Below are positions 1-5,567 of a stretch of DNA of 8,578 bases, piece by piece (the stretch's first letter is position 1; each line of letters begins with the position of its first letter). The notes beneath the pieces were generated by a model, which was not told where the DNA came from, made no database searches, and was given only the letters and a program-made list of their open reading frames with translations. Made by a program: the position numbers and the translations under genes. Origin of the DNA: an uncultured Gammaproteobacteria bacterium (lineage in GTDB: Bacteria > Patescibacteriota > Microgenomatia > Daviesbacterales > UBA10151); contig CAZFVS010000041.1 in NCBI GenBank assembly GCA_964522265.1, positions 1 to 8,578 of the forward strand, in the 5' to 3' direction.

Positions 1-366
1 TCTCCGGAAAAAAGAGAGGTTGATACGGAAGGCAGCAGAGGCGTGCTTTTTAAAGAGGAATATTATGACGGTTGGCAAGCCAAGTCAGAAAGTGGTGAAG
101 ATCTGACAATATATAAAGCCGGTCCTGCCTTTCCGGGTTATATGTATGTGCCTTTTTCACAAGATGTTAAACCCAAAGAGGTTAAATTTGAATTTGTCGG
201 TGAAACCAAATGGAAAATATACCATTTGATTTCTCTGGCAACGATTTTAATTCTAATTGACTTGATCCTATTGCGGGGGTTTCTGGTTGTTCGGTTATCA
301 AAGAAGGGATTAAGGTTAATCCATAAAAGAGCCTCAACCTGGTGGCAAAAAGAAAATGTGGAATGA
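1..366 (+). CDS. 3' end of a larger membrane-protein gene, 5'-truncated by the window edge. It has a C-terminal extracytoplasmic segment plus a terminal TM anchor and is YfhO-like (tentative).
   Basis: Frame 1 is open from nt 1: SPEKREVDTEGSRG precedes the GTG at 43 used by the ORF track, so 43 is probably an internal Val codon. The stop is TGA at 364-366. The segment YYDGWQAK..GEDLTIYKAGPAFPGYMYVP..VKFEF is followed by the hydrophobic helix IYHLISLATILILIDLILL and a basic tail. This resembles my recollection of the C-terminus of YfhO-family membrane proteins; I did not search. Confidence 0.55.
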   Translation, partial: SPEKREVDTEGSRGVLFKEEYYDGWQAKSESGEDLTIYKAGPAFPGYMYVPFSQDVKPKEVKFEFVGETKWKIYHLISLATILILIDLILLRGFLVVRLSKKGLRLIHKRASTWWQKENVE

Positions 367-371
367 GGATA

Positions 372-1091
372 TTAATTTGGTTTTTTGGCAGAGATCCATA
401 AATTATCACGAAAAAAAGATAGGGGTGATTCTGTCTGACAGAAATTAATAAAATTTTTTAATGATATCGGCCACTTTTCCATAAAAATAGGCAAATTCGG
501 ATTATAGTCAATATTCTTTGGTGATTTAAAAGAAGTGGTGATGTTTACAAATTTTGAATTACCAAGCATATTTTTTAATTGCAAAGGGTTAAAGAATGTA
601 ATATGCGTTGGATCTTTATATCCAAACCACTTTTTCCCCAAAATTAGTCTAAATGGACTAAAATAATTTGGCGTAATTAAAAAAATAAATCCCCCAGGTC
701 TTAATATATTGTAAGCAGAATGAAAAAATAGTTCAACATCGGGTTCTTCTAAGTGTTCAATTAATGAGATTGCTGTAATTAAATCAAATGATTCTTCTGA
801 GAAAGGCAAATTGTTCGCCGAAGCTTGGATAATTTTGTTGGAAGGATTAATTTTATGAGCCATTTTTACCGCTTGAGTAATTGGGTCACACCCAACTGTG
901 TAACAACCTTGATTGTTAAGATACTTTACTAAGTGTCCAGCACCACAACCAACATCTATAATTTTTTTTAAGTTATATTTTATTATAAACATTTTAATTG
1001 CCTCAGACAGGTATGGATCGAGATGATTTCTTTCACGATAATATGTTATAGAATAATGCTTTTTTAAGGAATTTGTAAAATTACTACTCAT
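372..1091 (-). CDS. Class I SAM-dependent methyltransferase (Methyltransf_11/23-like), 239 aa
   Basis: The ORF runs from ATG to TAA. The SAM-binding motif I, IIDVGCGAGHL, has its DVGCGAG core encoded at 936..956. Downstream motifs are typical of the fold: FDLITAISLIEHL, LRPGGFIFLITPN and DPTHITFF. It is the last gene of the minus-strand operon. Confidence 0.9.
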   Translation of the reverse strand: MSSNFTNSLKKHYSITYYRERNHLDPYLSEAIKMFIIKYNLKKIIDVGCGAGHLVKYLNNQGCYTVGCDPITQAVKMAHKINPSNKIIQASANNLPFSEESFDLITAISLIEHLEEPDVELFFHSAYNILRPGGFIFLITPNYFSPFRLILGKKWFGYKDPTHITFFNPLQLKNMLGNSKFVNITTSFKSPKNIDYNPNLPIFMEKWPISLKNFINFCQTESPLSFFRDNLWISAKKPN

Positions 1092-1107
1092 TAATTTAAA
1101 TAAACAA

Positions 1108-2052
1108 TTAAAGCTTTTTAAAATAATTTACAACTTTTTGACTATGCAAATTGGCACGTACTCCTTTTCTGGCTTCTAGAGTTTGATTGAGGTTTTTCAG
1201 GTTCCAAAAAAACCCTTTAAAGAGTGATTTGTAAGTCTTGTTTTTTGACCTTAGATTCTGAGCGATAATTAAAATGGTAAATTGAGCAATGATTGAAGTA
1301 AAAATTTGAGGTATTGTGGCATTCTTAAAAATACATCTCCACTTACTAACATATCCTTGAGTGACAACTTCCTCAGCGCCCTTCTTAAATTGAGTTTTAC
1401 CATATCCATGGTAAGCGATTGCTTTAGGATTATAAACTAATCTATAACCTTGTCGCCTGACTCTTAGACAAAAATCTAAATCTTCAAAGTAGATAAAGAA
1501 ACCTTCATCAAGCAAACCGACTTTCTTAAAGACTTTCTTTGGAACAAATAATCCGTTACCAGAGATAAATTCACATTCTCTTGGCTTATCCAGTCCATTT
1601 AAATCATATTGATGGTAGCCAAGATATGGGTTAACTTTAAATCCATCAAAGGCTAATTTATTTCTTGGTTTTTTTAAGTAAACTAGAGCGCTCATTATTC
1701 CCAAATGTGGTTCTTTATCCGCTTGTTCAGCCAAATTCTTGAAATAATTTTTATCAAAGATCACGTCATTACTTGAAACTAAAATATAATCTCCAGTTGC
1801 ATTTCTTATTCCGATGTTAACTGCTACTGCAAATCCTGAATTTTTCTCTAGAGTAAACAGTTTTACTTCGGGATAATTTTTTTTTATATCTGAAACAGTA
1901 TTATCTGTTGAGTTATTATCCACAATTATTACTTCAAGTTTATTTTTGGGGTAGTTAACTTTTCTGAGTGAATTTAAAAATTGCCTTGTTTCACTCCAAA
2001 CATTGAAGGTTGGAGTAATAACAGAAACTTTTTTAACATTATTCCTGAGCAT
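1108..2052 (-). CDS. Family 2 glycosyltransferase (GT-A fold, WbbL/RfbF-like subgroup), 314 aa
   Basis: The N-terminus VSVITPTFN...LEVIIVDNNSTDNT is the classic GT2 nucleotide-sugar-binding region. SND is at residues 94-96. YFEDLDFCLRVRRQGYRL (residues ~188-205) is characteristic of the rhamnosyltransferase-like GT2 subgroup. The ATG at 2050-2052 overlaps the upstream gene by 14 nt, and AGGAAAAG lies immediately upstream. The stop is TAA. Confidence 0.9.
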   Translation of the reverse strand: MLRNNVKKVSVITPTFNVWSETRQFLNSLRKVNYPKNKLEVIIVDNNSTDNTVSDIKKNYPEVKLFTLEKNSGFAVAVNIGIRNATGDYILVSSNDVIFDKNYFKNLAEQADKEPHLGIMSALVYLKKPRNKLAFDGFKVNPYLGYHQYDLNGLDKPRECEFISGNGLFVPKKVFKKVGLLDEGFFIYFEDLDFCLRVRRQGYRLVYNPKAIAYHGYGKTQFKKGAEEVVTQGYVSKWRCIFKNATIPQIFTSIIAQFTILIIAQNLRSKNKTYKSLFKGFFWNLKNLNQTLEARKGVRANLHSQKVVNYFKKL

Positions 2053-3229
2053 CTTTTCCTATGATGTTTAGCATTACTATAGCATATCTTTTGGCAGTTT
2101 TCTCCCAAGAAAAAACATTCATAGTTCTCTCGAATGCTTTTTGGCCCATTTTTTGTCTAACTCTAGAATTTGAGGCCAAAAGAATCATTTTCTCTATCAT
2201 TTCATCCTTCGAAACGATCACAAACCCGGTTTTATCATTTTGTACAATTTCTCTTGCTGAACAGTAGTCCATCAATATTGACGGAATTCCAAATCTGGCA
2301 GCCTCCAGCGGTGGTAAACCAAAAAACAAATACCGGTCGGCACCTAAATATATATCTGCATAGGAATAAATTTGATTTAGTCGGGTATTTGAGATATTAA
2401 TTAAAAATTTGACATTCTGACCGGCGATTTTTTTCAAGTAATTTAAGTAGTTTGTTTTGAGGGCAGAACCTACGATAAGAAGCCGAGTTTTAATATTGGT
2501 TTGCTTTTCAAAATTGTTAAAGGCTTCGATCAAGAGATGGAAACCTTTGTATGGTGTAATCCGGCTGACTGAGATAAAAGTAATTTGATTTTTGTTTTTA
2601 ATGATTTTTTTAATGACTGTAGATTGGTGTGATTTCAAAGTTTCAGAATCAGCACCCAGATATATAAAACTGACTTTCCTTCTGAATAATTTATAGCATT
2701 CCCGGCTGCCATATTTAGTCATGGCTACCACTTTTGTAGATAAAAGAACCGGTATGGCTTGGAAGATATATATAAGTAGGTTCGCTGAAAGATTTGTTAA
2801 TTTCTGAAAAAGGGAAATCTTTTCGTTCGGCAAAAATTTTTCCTCAAAAGCGTTAAATTGTGTGCCGTAGTAAGTAGTAATAATCGGTTTTTTAAGCACC
2901 CCGGCAATCAAAAACATTGGCAGTGAACCGTGGAATAAGATAATATCGATGGAATTTTTTTTAAATATTTCAAAAAGCTTAAAGCTGGCTTTAAACTTTG
3001 ATAAAAATGATAAGCTGGTAACTTTTAAAGTAAAAACCTTTATATTCTTAGATTCCAAATCTTTCTGAAGTGTATTATCTAATTTGTAGCTGAAACTAAT
3101 AAGACAGAGATCTAATTGTTTTGGGTTTAATCTATTTATGGCATAAGCCAGTTCGATGGGAGCTCTTGAGCCTGAATAGGTATTTAAAACCTCAGTCAAA
3201 ATAGCAATTGATAATTTTTTTCTTTTCAT
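2039..3229 (-). CDS. Family 4 (GT-B fold) glycosyltransferase, 396 aa, with a degenerate EX7E motif
   Basis: The layout is typical of GT4. The N-terminal beta strand is KLSIAILTEV, and the C-domain begins ITFISVSRITPYKGFHLLIEAF. It continues LLIVGS...ADIYLGADRYLFFGLPPLEAARFGIPSILMD...KTGFVI. The ORF runs from ATG to TAA, and the start lies 1 nt from the stop of the upstream gene. Confidence 0.85.
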   Translation of the reverse strand: MKRKKLSIAILTEVLNTYSGSRAPIELAYAINRLNPKQLDLCLISFSYKLDNTLQKDLESKNIKVFTLKVTSLSFLSKFKASFKLFEIFKKNSIDIILFHGSLPMFLIAGVLKKPIITTYYGTQFNAFEEKFLPNEKISLFQKLTNLSANLLIYIFQAIPVLLSTKVVAMTKYGSRECYKLFRRKVSFIYLGADSETLKSHQSTVIKKIIKNKNQITFISVSRITPYKGFHLLIEAFNNFEKQTNIKTRLLIVGSALKTNYLNYLKKIAGQNVKFLINISNTRLNQIYSYADIYLGADRYLFFGLPPLEAARFGIPSILMDYCSAREIVQNDKTGFVIVSKDEMIEKMILLASNSRVRQKMGQKAFERTMNVFSWEKTAKRYAIVMLNIIGKDAQE

Positions 3230-3230
3230 T

Positions 3231-5567
3231 TTAAGGCATGGCAGTTGATTCTAAGTCATATAACAGGGATTCAAAGCCTACAGCCACTTTTTTCCAATCA
3301 TGTTTTTTACTTTCGGTGATTGCCTGTTTTGACAAATATTCAAATTTAGATTTATTTTGCAAAAGTTCAATAGTTTTTAAAGCAAACTGATTATAATCAA
3401 AGGGTTTTATTTTAATAAATCCTTTTCTAAATACCTGTCCTAATATTCCAATATCCCAACCTAAAACAGGCAGTCCTGATGACATCGCTTCCAAGCCGGC
3501 CAGTCCAAACCCGGCTTCATGATCGGTAAAATAAAAAAGTTTTGAACGGGTCAGGTATGTCTGAACTTTGGTGTCAGATAAAGGGCCAAGTATTTGAATA
3601 TTTTTCTGAATTTTATATTCACCGGCTTTTTTGTGCAAAATTTGGATTATTGCCGGATTAGATTGACCGATTATTACCAGTTTGGCCTCAGGTAAATCTT
3701 TGCAGACAAACCTCCAAATTGGAATTAAGTCCAGGATTCCTTTAGAAGGATGCATTCTGCCCAAAAAGACTGCATCGTAAGGTTTGGAGATTGGTTGGGG
3801 AAGTCTTTTTGCATCCCTGTTTCTTATTCCGGCGGTAACCACCACTAATTTATCCTTTTTGAAGCCGATTTTTAGCAAATCATCTCTAAGCATAGGATTT
3901 AGCGCTGCGACCAAATCTGCCTTATGTTTTAAGGCAATCAGGGATATTTCTTGTAGTAAGTAAGAAGCAGTATTAACAAAGAAATTTCCGGGTCTTTTAT
4001 GTGGAGGGGGAGTTAGGTGATGAATTCTGGCAAACCAATGGACTTTTGGGTTAATGAATTTGAATAGATAAGCAGGGATAACATCCGGGAAAACATTTGT
4101 AGAAGAATAAATAATTTGTTTAGGTTGAATTTTAATTAACAACCTGATTGTTGAAAAAATCCGATAAAGATAGGTTATAAAAACAGGAATAGGGGATGGG
4201 TTATTATCAAATTTAGTTTGTTTCAAGGTGATAATACGAACTTGTCTATTGCGCCAATGCCAAGCTGCAATTTTCGGGATAATTACCGTGAGACTGGTAT
4301 TATTCGAAAAATAGACAGACATCTCTTCAAGTAATTTATCACCTCCTGAAATAACCGTACCTTGGGCGTGTCCGGTTTCAATGGCTAATACCTCAATTCT
4401 TTCCACAGATGATAAAATCATACTTTCCAACTGTTTGGTGTGATTTTCCCAAGATAATCCGTTTTGTATTGTTTGCCAGGCATGCTTGCCCATAGATCGG
4501 GCGATATCAGGATGGGAGATCAGGTATTTGAGAGGATTGAGAAAGTCCTGTACTGAAGCTTTTTTTGGGAAAAAACCGTCTTTTTTATCTTTCAGAATAT
4601 ATGATAACCCGCTTCCAAAGGGCATTATTACAGGACATCCGCACGAAGCTGCCTCAAATCCCCCCAAACCGAATGCTTCAACATTAGGGTGAATCCAGAC
4701 CAGAGCTTCAGAGTATATTTTGATAAGTTGTTTTGGCGGCGTGTCTTTTTTGATAATCACCTTTTTTCCCAAGCGATTTTCTTTTATTTTTTGCCTAAAC
4801 TCAATAAGATCAGATGGATCAGTCCAGTTTCCAACAATCAACAGTGTATTATTTGGTATAAATTTCATTATTTCTAAAAGCAGCTGAGGATTTTTACCCG
4901 ATTCCCACCTGGAGGAGGCAACTATATATTTCTTTCTTATCCTCGGCAATTTGGCTAAAGGTTGAGCTCCAAGCGTTAATATTTCCGGAGTTATTCCGTA
5001 TTTGTTTTGAATAAATGATGAATGTTTTTCAGAGTCAACGATAACGGTTTTTGCATTTTTAACAATTTCCTTTTCCAGATAAAAAAGCATCGGAGATATC
5101 AGCCAAAAGAGATATCTTAATAGCGTATTGGAGTAAACCTTTTTTAGTATATACTCCATAGGATCGTGAATGATTGCTATATAAGGAATCCGATGTCTTT
5201 TCCAAAGAGCCAAAGCTGTCAGGCAAGTTGTTGTTCCGTGGGCAATAATGATGTCGTAATCCTTAGCTTTTATGGATAAGGGAGCAAGATAGGGGCTTAG
5301 CAAATGCAGTGTTGAAAAGAAAGAAAATATGGGAAATTTTATCGAATGCTTAAAAAAAATAGGATATTTATCAGACAGAAATTTAATTTGAATTTTAGGG
5401 AAAAATTTTACAAATTTTAGCTGATAACCTTTTCTCATTAACACTTCTAACCTTGCGTTATGTCCTAATTTATTCAAATGAAGCACCTCATTTGCTGCGT
5501 CTTTTTGTACTCCACCCAGTACCAATTGGTCTATTAAAACTGCAACCTTTTTCTTACCGGAAGTCAT
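3231..5567 (-). CDS. Tandem GT4-GT4 (two GT-B modules) fusion glycosyltransferase, 778 aa
   Basis: There are two complete GT-B modules. Module 1 is about aa 1-388 (nt 4404..5567), with VAVLIDQLVLGG at the N-terminus and EAFGLGGFE (EX7E) at 4653..4679, followed by AASCGCPVI. Module 2 is about aa 389-778 (nt 3234..4403), with IEVLAIETGHAQGTVISGG at its N-terminus and EAGFGLAGLE at 3489..3518, followed by AMSSGLPVL. The ATG at 5565-5567 abuts the stop of the upstream gene at 5568-5570. Confidence 0.85.
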   Translation of the reverse strand: MTSGKKKVAVLIDQLVLGGVQKDAANEVLHLNKLGHNARLEVLMRKGYQLKFVKFFPKIQIKFLSDKYPIFFKHSIKFPIFSFFSTLHLLSPYLAPLSIKAKDYDIIIAHGTTTCLTALALWKRHRIPYIAIIHDPMEYILKKVYSNTLLRYLFWLISPMLFYLEKEIVKNAKTVIVDSEKHSSFIQNKYGITPEILTLGAQPLAKLPRIRKKYIVASSRWESGKNPQLLLEIMKFIPNNTLLIVGNWTDPSDLIEFRQKIKENRLGKKVIIKKDTPPKQLIKIYSEALVWIHPNVEAFGLGGFEAASCGCPVIMPFGSGLSYILKDKKDGFFPKKASVQDFLNPLKYLISHPDIARSMGKHAWQTIQNGLSWENHTKQLESMILSSVERIEVLAIETGHAQGTVISGGDKLLEEMSVYFSNNTSLTVIIPKIAAWHWRNRQVRIITLKQTKFDNNPSPIPVFITYLYRIFSTIRLLIKIQPKQIIYSSTNVFPDVIPAYLFKFINPKVHWFARIHHLTPPPHKRPGNFFVNTASYLLQEISLIALKHKADLVAALNPMLRDDLLKIGFKKDKLVVVTAGIRNRDAKRLPQPISKPYDAVFLGRMHPSKGILDLIPIWRFVCKDLPEAKLVIIGQSNPAIIQILHKKAGEYKIQKNIQILGPLSDTKVQTYLTRSKLFYFTDHEAGFGLAGLEAMSSGLPVLGWDIGILGQVFRKGFIKIKPFDYNQFALKTIELLQNKSKFEYLSKQAITESKKHDWKKVAVGFESLLYDLESTAMP

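Noticed and set aside
43-45. GTG at 43 as the true start of the plus-strand ORF
   Set aside because: The frame is open back to nt 1. The encoded segment looks like the C-terminal domain of a much larger membrane protein, so the gene is truncated by the window rather than starting here.
364-366. Alternative genetic code (UGA read as Gly or Trp, as in some CPR or Mollicutes lineages)
   Set aside because: All long ORFs are intact under the standard code with no in-frame TGA, and TGG is used for Trp. The single TGA stop is followed by TAA three codons later, so recoding would change almost nothing.
338-400. Bidirectional intrinsic terminator between the convergent genes (GGCAAAAAG ... GGTTTTTTGGCA)
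   Set aside because: The complementarity is only a run of A:U pairs plus a single C:G pair, with no GC-rich stem, so it is not a credible hairpin.
182-409. Minus-strand 75-aa ORF overlapping the end of the plus-strand gene and the methyltransferase stop
   Set aside because: It overlaps two better-supported genes, and its translation looks like antisense noise. The plus-strand frame has a recognisable domain and TM architecture.
1877-1885. Homopolymer tracts as slipped-strand phase-variation switches in glycosyltransferase genes (T9 at 1877-1885; T8 or A8 runs at 962-969, 2955-2962, 5575-5582 and 7797-7804)
   Set aside because: Runs of 8-9 A/T encoding Lys-Lys are expected by chance in a genome this AT-rich. 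A single sequence gives no evidence of length variation. This can only be tested with population reads.
2061-2400. Plus-strand ORFs 2061..2267 and 2170..2400, antisense to the GT4 gene
   Set aside because: They are short and nested entirely inside a long minus-strand ORF with clear family motifs. Their translations are low-complexity with no recognisable motif. They are typical shadow ORFs of an AT-rich sequence.
4486-4877. Plus-strand ORFs 4486..4692 and 4689..4877, antisense to the GT4-GT4 fusion
   Set aside because: These are shadow ORFs inside a well-supported 778-aa gene, with no independent start context or motif.
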